Positions 28,410 to 37,179 of a DNA stretch of 64,000 nucleotides are shown one piece after another. The notes below the pieces were generated by a model that was not told where the DNA came from, did not search any database, and worked only from the letters and a program-made list of their open reading frames with translations. Every line of letters begins with the position of its first letter. Position 1 is the stretch's first letter. Source of the stretch: Clostridia bacterium (lineage in GTDB: Bacteria; Bacillota; Clostridia; Oscillospirales; Acutalibacteraceae); NCBI GenBank assembly GCA_017533175.1, contig JAFXIJ010000010.1, forward strand, positions 9,678 through 73,677, written 5' to 3'. Both the position numbers and the translations under genes were made by a program.

Positions 28410-29570
28410 ATGAGTATTACAGTTAAGGATAACAACTATATTTCATCCACCTACGGTAGATTTAAGGTGGAGCTTGATTACGGCAAGGGCTCCCTTGTTT
28501 ACGATACACAGGGTAAGGAATATATTGATATGAGCACAGGCATAGCGGTAAATACCTTTGGTATAGCCGATGATGAGTGGAACGATGCCATAAACCTTCA
28601 GCTTAAAAAACTGGCTCACACGTCAAACCTATATTATACCGAACCCTGCGCCAAGTTAGCCGAGCTTTTGTGCCAAAAAACCGATATGAAAAAGGTCTTC
28701 TTTTCAAATTCGGGTGCTGAGGCTAACGAGTGTGCAATTAAGACAGCAAGACGTTACAGTTTTAAGAAATACGGCGAGGGCAGAAACTATATTGTAACCC
28801 TTAAAAATAGCTTCCACGGAAGAACTGTTACCACCCTCTCAGCAACAGGTCAGGATAGCTTTCATACTGAATTTGGGCCATTTACAGAAGGGTTTGTTTA
28901 TGCCGATGCGAACGATTTTGATAATGTCAAAGAACTAGTTCAAAAGCATAATTGCTGTGCTATTATGATGGAGCTTGTTCAAGGCGAGGGCGGCGTAATG
29001 AAGCTCGATGAGAACTTCGTCCAAAAGGTAGCTGACTTCTGTCTTGAAAATGATGTTATTCTTATAATTGATGAGGTTCAGACAGGAAACGGCAGAACAG
29101 GAAGCCTTTATGCCTTCCAGCAGTTTGGAATTAAGCCCGATATAGTATCCACCGCAAAGGGACTAGGCGGCGGCTTGCCAATAGGCGCAACCATGTTTGG
29201 AGAAAGGGTACAAAACGTTCTCACACCGGGCTCGCACGGCTCAACCTTTGGCGGAAATCCCGTTTGCTGTGCGGCGGCTTACAACATTATATCCCGAATA
29301 GATGAAAAGCTTTTAAGTGACGTCAAGCGCAAATCGGATTACATTTTTAAAGAACTATGCGGGGCAGAGGGTGTAAAAGAAGTCAGCGGAATGGGACTTA
29401 TGATAGGACTTGAGCTAGACAAGGATGTTAAAGAGGTAATTGAACTCTGCCTTGAAAAAGGAGTTTTGGTAATTTCCGCAAAGTCAAGGCTCAGACTTCT
29501 TCCCGCACTAAACATACCCGATGAACTGTTACATAAAGCGATTAAGGTAATTAAGGAGTGTGTAAAATAA
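28410..29570 (+). CDS. argD: Acetylornithine aminotransferase
   Basis: Class-III aminotransferase motifs (SGAEANE, DEVQTGNGRTG, STAKGLGGG). Start set to ATG 28410, after GGAGGA. Confidence 0.9.
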   Translation: MSITVKDNNYISSTYGRFKVELDYGKGSLVYDTQGKEYIDMSTGIAVNTFGIADDEWNDAINLQLKKLAHTSNLYYTEPCAKLAELLCQKTDMKKVFFSNSGAEANECAIKTARRYSFKKYGEGRNYIVTLKNSFHGRTVTTLSATGQDSFHTEFGPFTEGFVYADANDFDNVKELVQKHNCCAIMMELVQGEGGVMKLDENFVQKVADFCLENDVILIIDEVQTGNGRTGSLYAFQQFGIKPDIVSTAKGLGGGLPIGATMFGERVQNVLTPGSHGSTFGGNPVCCAAAYNIISRIDEKLLSDVKRKSDYIFKELCGAEGVKEVSGMGLMIGLELDKDVKEVIELCLEKGVLVISAKSRLRLLPALNIPDELLHKAIKVIKECVK

Positions 29571-30475
29571 TGGCACAGCATTTACTTAAATTAATGGATT
29601 TAAGCCAAAAAGAAATTACGGAGATATTAAATCTTGCCGACCAATTAAAGTACGAAAAGAAACACGGTATTGAGCATCATCATTTAAAGGGTAAAACCTT
29701 AGGTATGATTTTCCAAAAATCATCTACTCGTACTCGCGTTTCCTTCGAGGTTGGTATGTATGACCTCGGTGGCTCGGCGCTGTTCCTTTCCTCACGCGAC
29801 CTTCAAATTGGCAGGGGAGAACCGGTAGAAGATACCGCAAGAGTGCTCTCAGGCTATCTTGACGGCATTATGATACGCACATTTGAGCAATCAGAGGTAG
29901 AGGCACTCGCTGAATATGGCTCAATTCCGATTATAAACGGCCTTACAGATTATTGCCATCCTTGTCAGGTGCTTGCCGACCTTATGACCTTCCGTGAATT
30001 TAAAGGTACATTTAAGGATAAGAAAATGTGCTTTATAGGTGACGGCAATAATATGGCAAACAGCCTTATTGTAGGCGGAATTAAGATGGGAATGAAGGTC
30101 GCTGTCGCTTGTCCTAAAACAAATGAGCCCGATAGTGAAATTATGAAATGGGCAGCAGAAAACGGTGATTTTGTATGCACCGATGATATTTTAGAGGCTG
30201 CCAAGGATGCCGATGTTATCTATACTGATGTATGGGCATCTATGGGACAAGAGGACGAAAAGGCAGAGCGTGAAAAGATTTTTGCAGGATATCAGGTAAA
30301 CGATGAGGTTATGGCTGTGGCTAAAAAGGATGCAATGGTTCAGCATTGCTTGCCCGCTCACAGAGAGGAAGAAATAACCGCAAAGGTTTTCGAAGAGCAT
30401 GCAGATGAAATTTTTGCCGAGGCAGAAAACCGCCTCCACGCACAAAAAGCAGTTTTAGTAAAATTAATGGGATAA
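29570..30475 (+). CDS. argF: Ornithine carbamoyltransferase
   Basis: STRTRVSFE and HCLPAHR motifs. ATG 29570 overlaps the argD TAA (TAATG), with AAGGAG upstream; the track GTG 29558 lies inside that RBS. Confidence 0.93.
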   Translation: MAQHLLKLMDLSQKEITEILNLADQLKYEKKHGIEHHHLKGKTLGMIFQKSSTRTRVSFEVGMYDLGGSALFLSSRDLQIGRGEPVEDTARVLSGYLDGIMIRTFEQSEVEALAEYGSIPIINGLTDYCHPCQVLADLMTFREFKGTFKDKKMCFIGDGNNMANSLIVGGIKMGMKVAVACPKTNEPDSEIMKWAAENGDFVCTDDILEAAKDADVIYTDVWASMGQEDEKAEREKIFAGYQVNDEVMAVAKKDAMVQHCLPAHREEEITAKVFEEHADEIFAEAENRLHAQKAVLVKLMG

Positions 30476-30483
30476 AAGTAAAG

Positions 30484-30518
30484 AAACCCACATTTGTCAT
30501 TATGATAAATGTGGGTTT
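30484..30518. terminator. Bidirectional terminator between convergent argF and nuclease gene
   Basis: AAACCCACATTT-11 nt-AAATGTGGGTTT followed by TT. Confidence 0.85.
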
Positions 30519-30521
30519 TTC

Positions 30522-31544
30522 TTATCTAAAACAATTTCCGCAATATGTATAGCCTTGGCCAAGCAAGGATTTAAGGTTTGTGCCGCTGTATTCACCGCGG
30601 TTTTCATCCTTTATCTTCTTAGCCGAAACGCAGGATGGGTAGTGAATCTTTTTTGAACTCGTGTTAAGGATGTAGGAAATCTTGCTTGACGGTGTCGATG
30701 TTATAGAAGCAGTCGCACTTGATGTAGCAGAGCTTACCCCAGAAGAAACTGATGAGGCACCTTTAAGCCAACTTTTTCCGGTAGCATAATCAATTTCTAT
30801 TCCCGGCTGAACATTATAACAATAAACATTAAAGCAAAGCCCATCACCATTATCCTCTACCGAATAGCCCTCCATTTGAACGCCCGAAGCAACAAGGTTG
30901 TTACCTTTAAAAATCGGAGTTATGCGGTAAATAACATGATTATCTGTTTCCTTTATGTAGTCGGCAACCATGTTTTCAAAGGGAAGCATGCCTTCAACAT
31001 TCAAATATCTTGTGCCTGTAATAAGATTTTTGGTGTTAGCGTTCTCGCCTGTAAGCTGATATCCTATAAGATGACAGCGGTTATAAAGGTATTTACCGTC
31101 AACAATATCATATTTTACGGTCTGCCAGCCCGAAGGCTTAACCTGACCAATACTGCCTCTATCCTCGGTAGGCATAATGTCCTTACCTATGCAGGCAACC
31201 GCTACTGAACAGCGATTCAAAGCGTCAAGTGAGGAGTAGGACTCATAAGATTTTGTGACCAGCATATCCTTTGTAAAAGAGGGCTTGTTACCGTTTAGCA
31301 CAACATAAGGCTTATTCGAATAAGCCGGAATATTATCCGTATTTGATGGCCTAGTCTGACTGCTTAAATTATCGTCAGTGCCAAGCTTTTCATCCTCGAC
31401 TGATGAAATATCTGTTGTCGCATTTGAGGAAGAATAAGAAACAATTGAGTTTGAGGCATTAATATCGGCAGTGTCTAAACAGCCGCAAAGGGTTAATATT
31501 AAGCATAAAATAAGGGCAACCAGAGGTAACCTAATTTTCTTCAA
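30522..31544 (-). CDS. Secreted lipoprotein DNA/RNA non-specific endonuclease (EndA/NucA-like) with C-terminal Cys-rich metal-binding tail
   Basis: 340 aa with TTG start and signal plus lipobox (ILCLILTLCGC). Ser-rich linkers flank a nuclease core (NRCHLIGYQLTGENANTKNLITGTRYLN). The C-terminal KIHYPSC...GYTYCGNC resembles an Ada-like Zn motif. Confidence 0.75.
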   Translation of the reverse strand: MKKIRLPLVALILCLILTLCGCLDTADINASNSIVSYSSSNATTDISSVEDEKLGTDDNLSSQTRPSNTDNIPAYSNKPYVVLNGNKPSFTKDMLVTKSYESYSSLDALNRCSVAVACIGKDIMPTEDRGSIGQVKPSGWQTVKYDIVDGKYLYNRCHLIGYQLTGENANTKNLITGTRYLNVEGMLPFENMVADYIKETDNHVIYRITPIFKGNNLVASGVQMEGYSVEDNGDGLCFNVYCYNVQPGIEIDYATGKSWLKGASSVSSGVSSATSSATASITSTPSSKISYILNTSSKKIHYPSCVSAKKIKDENRGEYSGTNLKSLLGQGYTYCGNCFR

Positions 31545-31942
31545 GACAATTTTCTCCTATAAATTTTTTTGGTTATTTTTTCGTGTGACGAGCCCTTAAA
31601 GTCTTGCTCAAATTCAAGAATGAAAAGGCTTTCATCTACCATAAAGAAAATATCTGCCGGATAATGACGGTTCCAGCAGTAAAGGATGATTTCATCAACT
31701 AAATCCAAAGAGGGAAGATGTCCTTCTGCAAAGAAATAGCCCAAAGCCGCCTCGGATATATCCTTTATTATTTTCACATCTTTAAACTCTGAAAAAAGGC
31801 AGGCAGAATATTCATCTATAAAAAGATTACCGCCCGTCTCTTTTAAAATCTCGTTTATTAATATTTTATCTCGGCTTTGTCTTTTTCCAAAAAAAGAAAA
31901 GCCTCCTTTTTCATCAACGCATAATATAAGCTTCATAGGCAT
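31541..31942 (-). CDS. Small cytoplasmic hypothetical protein (possibly DHFR/RibD_C-like fold)
   Basis: 133 aa with no signal peptide; N-terminus is MKLILCVDEKGGFSFFGKRQSRD. Translationally coupled on both sides (TAATG upstream, TTGA overlap with the nuclease start). Confidence 0.35.
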   Translation of the reverse strand: MPMKLILCVDEKGGFSFFGKRQSRDKILINEILKETGGNLFIDEYSACLFSEFKDVKIIKDISEAALGYFFAEGHLPSLDLVDEIILYCWNRHYPADIFFMVDESLFILEFEQDFKGSSHEKITKKIYRRKLS

Positions 31943-32544
31943 TAAATATAATCAATAACTTCAACCACACCGCTTGAATGATAAAGTGAGGGTGTGACAA
32001 GAATACTGTATCCGCTGCCCGCCGCACAGGTCCATTCTACCATACGCTTTCTTGGTACAGCACAGGAGGCAAGCAGCATCATAATAGCACCGCCGTGCAT
32101 AATAACAGCAGAATGCTCAATGCCGTTATGCATCATATCTCTGACTATTTCGTTAAGACCTAATGCCAGCCTTTTTGCAAAATCGGTATTGTCCTCACCG
32201 CCGGGAGCAGCAGAAATTCTACCTGCCGCCCAGTCCATATAGGCAGGATTAGCTTCAAGCTCGTTTGCGGTTTTTCCCTCAAACTCGCCAAAATCAATTT
32301 CTCTCATATTGTCAATTATGCAAACTTCCTTATACGGATAAAGAATATTAGCGGTTTGCTTAGAACGGAGCAAAGGGCTCGAATATACCTTTTCTACTTT
32401 CGGAAAATCATTTTCCTCTTTAAGACGGTTAAGCTCTGCAACACCGATTGCCGAAAGCGGCACATCGGTCTTTCCTATATATTGCTGATTAAGATTTGCA
32501 TCAGTAAGTCCGTGTCTTATCAAATGAATTTTAAAGGTTTTCAT
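31942..32544 (-). CDS. Histidine phosphatase family protein (phosphoglycerate mutase/CobC-like)
   Basis: 200 aa with the catalytic RHG motif (LIRHGLTDAN) and a second His context (VIMHGGAI). Confidence 0.85.
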   Translation of the reverse strand: MKTFKIHLIRHGLTDANLNQQYIGKTDVPLSAIGVAELNRLKEENDFPKVEKVYSSPLLRSKQTANILYPYKEVCIIDNMREIDFGEFEGKTANELEANPAYMDWAAGRISAAPGGEDNTDFAKRLALGLNEIVRDMMHNGIEHSAVIMHGGAIMMLLASCAVPRKRMVEWTCAAGSGYSILVTPSLYHSSGVVEVIDYI

Positions 32545-33655
32545 TAATAGCTCCTAGTATTTTAAGAATTATACTGTTTGATACAAGCATACCCTCATCG
32601 GTAAGCTGTATTCGGTTATTTGATAAATTGCAAAGCCCTGCCTTTGAAAGCTTTATAGCTAAATCAAGCAGGGGGTCGATATTAGAAATGCTAAATTTTT
32701 CGCATAACTCGTTTAGGTCAAGGCCAAAACTAAGCCTTAATCTTAACATAACAAATTCTTCTAAACCGCCGCCGTTCTCATCAAAAACTATTGTTCCGTT
32801 TTTGATAAATTCTGTCATATCGGCGGGATAGTGAAATCTTTTTTCCAAAAGACAAGAATATGCCGAAGGACCTATGCCGATATATTCCTTCCCTTGCCAG
32901 TAGCGAAGATTGTGTCTGCTGAATTTTTCGCATTTTGCAAAGTTTGATATTTCGTAATGCTCAAAGCCGTGTTCACTAAGTCTTTTGCATAAATGGATAT
33001 ATTGGTCGCAAATGATATCCTCATCGGCAAGATTAAGCTTATCCTTGCATAAAAACAAAGGAGTATTTTCCTCGATTTTAAGAATATATGCAGAAATGTG
33101 AGGTACGTTCAATGAAAAAGCCGCATCGATACTGCGGTCAAGCTTATAGGTGTCACTACCTGGAAGACCGAGCATTAAATCAACCGAAATGTTGTCTAAA
33201 CCTTTGCGGTGCAAAGTGCTTACAGAGTTTTGCACATCCAAAAAGCTGTGGCGCCTGCCCAAAAGTGCAAGCTCGTCCTCGTTTACAGACTGCATACCGA
33301 TTGATATTCGGTTTACACCCAGCGGCAAAGCAACCTCTAAAAAAGACTCTAAATCATCTCCCGGGTTTACCTCGCAGGTTATTTCAGCATCCTTGGTTAT
33401 AGAAAAATTTTCGCGTATTCCCACTAAGATTTCTTCAAGCTCACGGGGTTTAAGAAGCGAGGGAGTACCTCCCCCAAAATAGACAGTATCAACGGGGCGC
33501 ATAGTTTCAGCGCCCCATCTTTTAAGTTCCTTTAAGGTTCTGTCTATATATCTGTTCCTTATGTCATCACTCGGTGGAGCTGAGTAAAAATTACAGTAAG
33601 TGCATTTTTTCTCGCAGAAAGGAACATGTATGTAAATGCCAAGAGAATTAGTCAA
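32531..33655 (-). CDS. hemW: Radical SAM heme chaperone HemW (HemN-like, oxygen-independent coproporphyrinogen oxidase family)
   Basis: Contains the CxxxCxxC cluster (VPFCEKKCTYCNF) and GGGTPS. Start set to TTG 33655, with GGAG 6 nt upstream and overlapping the pduL stop. This gives 374 aa, the typical HemW size; the track start 33724 would overlap pduL by 77 nt. Confidence 0.85.
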   Translation of the reverse strand: MTNSLGIYIHVPFCEKKCTYCNFYSAPPSDDIRNRYIDRTLKELKRWGAETMRPVDTVYFGGGTPSLLKPRELEEILVGIRENFSITKDAEITCEVNPGDDLESFLEVALPLGVNRISIGMQSVNEDELALLGRRHSFLDVQNSVSTLHRKGLDNISVDLMLGLPGSDTYKLDRSIDAAFSLNVPHISAYILKIEENTPLFLCKDKLNLADEDIICDQYIHLCKRLSEHGFEHYEISNFAKCEKFSRHNLRYWQGKEYIGIGPSAYSCLLEKRFHYPADMTEFIKNGTIVFDENGGGLEEFVMLRLRLSFGLDLNELCEKFSISNIDPLLDLAIKLSKAGLCNLSNNRIQLTDEGMLVSNSIILKILGAINENL

Positions 33656-34223
33656 GAATTTCTCCAATACAGCTGCCGGGAATACCAGCGGCATTAGCTT
33701 CATCGGTGTCAAGATGCATAGCAAGCTTATAAGAAGGGCTTACACGCGCTACAACATCACCGAAAATCAAAGACCTGTCCTTAGTTGGAATTTTAACAGA
33801 AACCACCTGACTGTCTTTAATTCCGTAAGCAGCAGCGTCCTCGGGAGTCATATGAATGTGACGCTTTGCAGAAATAACACCCTCGCTCAGCTCAACCTCA
33901 CCTTTGGGACCTACAAGCTTGCAAGTACCACTGCTAGCAACATCACCCGATTCGCGAATGGGAGCTGAAACACCGATTGAACGCGCGTCGGTCAAGGAAA
34001 GCTCAACCTGAGTTGCCTTGCGGCAGGGGCCAAGAATTGAAACTCCTGCAAGTTCACGCTTAGAGCCTACAACCGTAACCCTTTCCTCACAGGCAAACTG
34101 TCCGGGCTGAGAAAGGTCTTTCTTTGGTGTAAGCTCGTAGCCCTCACCGAAAAGAACTTCTAAATCCTCCTTGCTTACATGAACATGTCTTGCTGAAATT
34201 TCAACTAATACTTCTTTTGCCAT
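33648..34223 (-). CDS. pduL: Phosphate propanoyl/acetyl-transferase PduL
   Basis: 191 aa with the duplicated PduL signature (EISARHVHVSKEDLEVLFG and SAKRHIHMTPEDAAAYG). Confidence 0.9.
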   Translation of the reverse strand: MAKEVLVEISARHVHVSKEDLEVLFGEGYELTPKKDLSQPGQFACEERVTVVGSKRELAGVSILGPCRKATQVELSLTDARSIGVSAPIRESGDVASSGTCKLVGPKGEVELSEGVISAKRHIHMTPEDAAAYGIKDSQVVSVKIPTKDRSLIFGDVVARVSPSYKLAMHLDTDEANAAGIPGSCIGEILD

Positions 34224-34329
34224 AACAATTCTCCTATAAATAAATTTCTGTTAACATTTTACACCAAAACGGTTCTTATTTCAAGTGTTGTATACAAAAT
34301 AAAAGACAGAATTATCAAATAATTTCTTA

Positions 34330-34358
34330 TTGAAAGAGTCGCTGCTTTGTGTTAAAAT
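34330..34358 (+). promoter_or_regulatory. Sigma-A promoter of nfeD-SPFH
   Basis: TTGAAA-17 nt-TAAAAT, with TGt extended -10. Confidence 0.6.
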
Positions 34359-34381
34359 GGTTACGAAAGGTCGGTGATGTA

Positions 34382-34813
34382 ATGATTGAATTTATATTGG
34401 AGAATTTATGGACATTATGGCTTGGCTTATCGGTCTTGTTTTTGATAGCCGAGGTTCTTACGGCAGGTCTTATTTCTATCTGGTTTGTTCCGGGTGCTAT
34501 CATTTCTGCTGTTGTTTCGGTTTTTACCGACAACTTTATTGTCCAACTTATAGTTTTCCTTGTTTCCTCTTCGGTATTTCTTATACTTTGTAAAAAGTTC
34601 TACAAACCCGATAAGGCAACCCGTCTTGCAGAGGCTAATGAGCTTCTTATCGGAAAAACAGGTACAGCAAAAAGCAATATTAACTCTATCGATGGCAAGG
34701 TGCTTATCGGAGATGTGTATTGGAAGGCAGTTTCCGATGAAGAAATTGAGGACGGTATGCCCATACTTGTAACAGGTGTAAACGGAACGGTTGTTACCGT
34801 AGAAAAAAAGTAA
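34382..34813 (+). CDS. NfeD family membrane protein
   Basis: Start set to ATG 34382, because the track start 34349 falls inside the predicted promoter. TM segments are followed by a C-terminal OB-like domain (GKTGTAKSNINSIDGKVLIGDVYWKAVSDE). Paired with a downstream SPFH gene. Confidence 0.85.
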   Translation: MIEFILENLWTLWLGLSVLFLIAEVLTAGLISIWFVPGAIISAVVSVFTDNFIVQLIVFLVSSSVFLILCKKFYKPDKATRLAEANELLIGKTGTAKSNINSIDGKVLIGDVYWKAVSDEEIEDGMPILVTGVNGTVVTVEKK

Positions 34814-34825
34814 AGGAGATTTTTT

Positions 34826-35746
34826 ATGGAACAGTTTATTGGCATTTTTGTAATTTTAGTTGTGGTTTTCCTTATTTTCATTGTCGCAAATATTAAGGTG
34901 GTTCCGCAGGCAAAGGCGTTTGTAATTGAGCGTCTTGGCGCATATTCTACAACATGGAACACAGGTCTTCATGTTAAAATACCGATAATTGACCGCATTG
35001 CTAACAGGGTTTCTTTAAAGGAAAATGTTGTTGATTTCCCGCCTCAGCCTGTTATTACCAAGGATAATGTTACAATGCAAATAGACACGGTTGTTTTCTA
35101 TCGTATTGTTGATCCAAAAACCTACACCTATGGTGTGGAGCGTCCTATGATGGCGATTGAAAATCTTACTGCGACCACTCTTCGTAATATTATCGGTGAG
35201 CTTGAGCTCGATGCAACACTTACCTCGCGTGATGTTATCAACAGCAAAATAACAAGCGTGCTTGATGAGGCTACTGATGCTTGGGGTATCAAGATAAACC
35301 GCGTTGAGCTTAAAAACATTACTCCTCCTAAGGAAATTCAGGATTCTATGGAGAAACAGATGAAGGCTGAGCGTGAGCGTCGAGAGAAAATTCTTCAAGC
35401 AGAGGGTGAAAAGAAATCTGCTATTTTAGTGGCAGAGGGTGAGAAGGAATCTGCAATCCTTCGTGCAGAGGCTGAAAAGGAATCTGCAATTCTTCGCGCT
35501 GAGGCTGTTAAGGAGTCCAAAATCCGTGAGGCTGAGGGTGAGGCTGAGGCTATTTTGAAGATTCAACAGGCAACAGCTGACGGTATTCAGATGATTAACA
35601 ACTCCAATCCAAGCGGACAGGTAATCAAAATCAAAGCTCTTGAAGCCTTTGCAGCAGCAGCCGACGGTAAGGCTACAAAGATAATTATTCCCTCTAAAAT
35701 TCAAGAGCTTGCAGGACTTGTCGAGTCGGTTAAAGAAATCAACTAA
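34826..35746 (+). CDS. SPFH/band-7 (stomatin/paraslipin-like) protein
   Basis: 306 aa with an N-terminal TM segment, an SPFH core (VPQAKAFVIERLG...TKDNVTMQIDTVVFYRI) and a C-terminal AEGEK coiled-coil repeat. Confidence 0.92.
   Translation: MEQFIGIFVILVVVFLIFIVANIKVVPQAKAFVIERLGAYSTTWNTGLHVKIPIIDRIANRVSLKENVVDFPPQPVITKDNVTMQIDTVVFYRIVDPKTYTYGVERPMMAIENLTATTLRNIIGELELDATLTSRDVINSKITSVLDEATDAWGIKINRVELKNITPPKEIQDSMEKQMKAERERREKILQAEGEKKSAILVAEGEKESAILRAEAEKESAILRAEAVKESKIREAEGEAEAILKIQQATADGIQMINNSNPSGQVIKIKALEAFAAAADGKATKIIIPSKIQELAGLVESVKEIN
35399..35530 (+). repeat. In-frame 33-nt (11-aa) tandem repeat x4 inside the SPFH gene
   Basis: Units at 35399, 35432, 35465 and 35498 encode AEGEKKSAILV / AEGEKESAILR / AEAEKESAILR / AEAVKESKIRE. 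Confidence 0.85.
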
Positions 35747-35770
35747 TTAAAAATAAAAAGGGTTTTGTTT

Positions 35771-36697
35771 ATGAATGCATATCATTCAATTGAACAGCTT
35801 ATTGGAAAAACTCCTCTTTTAAGACTGAAAGGCTTTGAAAAAGAGCATGACCTTAAAGCAAAAATTTATGCAAAGCTTGAATTTTTCAATCCTGCCGGTT
35901 CTATAAAGGATAGGGTTGCCCTTAATATGATTAACGCAGCCGAAAAAAGCGGTCGCTTAAAGAAAGACTCGGTAATTATCGAGCCGACAAGCGGAAACAC
36001 GGGTATAGGACTCGCTTTGGTTGCAGCCGCCAAAGGCTATAAGGCAATTATCACTATGCCAGACACTATGTCTGCCGAGCGCATTATGCTTATGAAGGCT
36101 TACGGAGCCGAGGTTGTCTTAACCGACGGCGCAAAAGGTATGAACGGCGCAATCGAAAAGGCAGAGCAGTTAAACAAGGAAATTCCAAACTCGATTATTG
36201 CAGGGCAGTTCACTAATCCGGACAATCCCGCCGCTCATTATGATACTACGGGACCTGAAATTTTTGAGGATACAGACGGTCTTGTTGATATTCTTGTTTC
36301 TAGTGTAGGAACAGGCGGTACAATTAGCGGAGCAGGCAAATATTTAAAGGAGAAAAATCCTAACATTAGGGTTGTGGCGGTAGAACCTGAATCTTCACCC
36401 GTGTTATCGGGCGGCAAAAAAGGCTCTCATAAAATTCAGGGGATAGGGGCAGGCTTTATTCCTGATACGCTTGATACCTTAGTCTATGATGAAATTGTAG
36501 CGGTATCTGATAAGGATGCTTACAGCTACGGAAAAAATGTAGCACGAACAGACGGCGTTCTTGTGGGAATTTCATCGGGCGCGGCTCTGAAAGCAGCAGC
36601 GCAAGTAGGCGCAAGGCCTGAAAATTTTGGCAAGAATATTGTTGTAATTCTGCCTGATTCAGGTTCAAGATATTTGTCAGTACCCGACTATTTTTAA
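35771..36697 (+). CDS. cysK: Cysteine synthase A (O-acetylserine sulfhydrylase)
   Basis: Contains LIGKTPLL, PLP-Lys context NPAGSIKDR, TSGNTGIGLA and GTGGTISG. ATG 35771 is preferred over TTG 35765. Confidence 0.92.
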   Translation: MNAYHSIEQLIGKTPLLRLKGFEKEHDLKAKIYAKLEFFNPAGSIKDRVALNMINAAEKSGRLKKDSVIIEPTSGNTGIGLALVAAAKGYKAIITMPDTMSAERIMLMKAYGAEVVLTDGAKGMNGAIEKAEQLNKEIPNSIIAGQFTNPDNPAAHYDTTGPEIFEDTDGLVDILVSSVGTGGTISGAGKYLKEKNPNIRVVAVEPESSPVLSGGKKGSHKIQGIGAGFIPDTLDTLVYDEIVAVSDKDAYSYGKNVARTDGVLVGISSGAALKAAAQVGARPENFGKNIVVILPDSGSRYLSVPDYF

Positions 36698-36715
36698 TTA
36701 AAAGGGGTATTTTTA

Positions 36716-37063
36716 ATGTTAGAAAATGTTTTTCACAATCTTATCGAGAACTTTCTGCCATTCATTATTTCAATCCTTGAAATAATGGGAATCCTTGTAG
36801 TTGGTTGGAGTGCTATCAAAGCCTTTTGGGAGTATATACAAAACACATTTTTCCACAAAAGATTAAATCTTCAATACAACTTTGCACAAGGACTTGCAAC
36901 AGGTCTTGAATTTAAAATGGCGGGAGAGATTCTCAACACGGTGCTAATTCGTGAAATAGATGAGCTTTATATTCTGGGTGCTGTAATTCTTCTTCGCGCA
37001 CTGCTTAGCATTCTTATTCACTTTGAACTTAAAGAAACAGGAAAAAAGAAAAATCATGAATAA
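36716..37063 (+). CDS. Small membrane protein (DUF1622-like)
   Basis: 115 aa with 3-4 TM segments. The family name is from memory only. Confidence 0.5.
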   Translation: MLENVFHNLIENFLPFIISILEIMGILVVGWSAIKAFWEYIQNTFFHKRLNLQYNFAQGLATGLEFKMAGEILNTVLIREIDELYILGAVILLRALLSILIHFELKETGKKKNHE

Positions 37064-37095
37064 AGAGAGGTTCGCGCCTCTCTTTATTTTGTTTT
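37062..37095 (+). terminator. Terminator after DUF1622-like gene
   Basis: AAAGAGAGG-ttcgcg-CCTCTCTTT followed by ATTTTGTTTTT. Confidence 0.8.
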
Positions 37096-37097
37096 TA

Positions 37098-37126
37098 TTG
37101 CAATAATAATTATAATTTGTTATAAT
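37098..37126 (+). promoter_or_regulatory. Sigma-A promoter of recJ-relA
   Basis: TTGCAA-17 nt-TATAAT, with TGt extended -10. Confidence 0.6.
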
Positions 37127-37179
37127 TATTGCCATAGATAGCCAAGCTTTTAAGCTAAATTTAAAAAAGGGGGGTAAAT

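Noticed and set aside
34349-34381. Upstream extension of nfeD (track start 34349).
   Set aside because: That ATG lies within the TTGAAA-17-TAAAAT promoter (34330-34358). ATG 34382 begins the hydrophobic NfeD N-terminus.
35399-35530. 33-nt tandem repeat in the SPFH gene as a possible contingency or variable locus.
   Set aside because: It is in-frame and encodes the AEGEK-type coiled coil common to bacterial SPFH/stomatin proteins. The units are diverged at the DNA level, so slippage is unlikely.
37098-37135. AT-rich imperfect palindrome (CAATAATAATTATAA...TTATAATTATTG) overlapping the recJ promoter as a possible operator.
   Set aside because: The symmetry is imperfect and made of low-complexity A/T sequence that also forms the -35/-10 elements. 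It cannot be distinguished from chance by eye.
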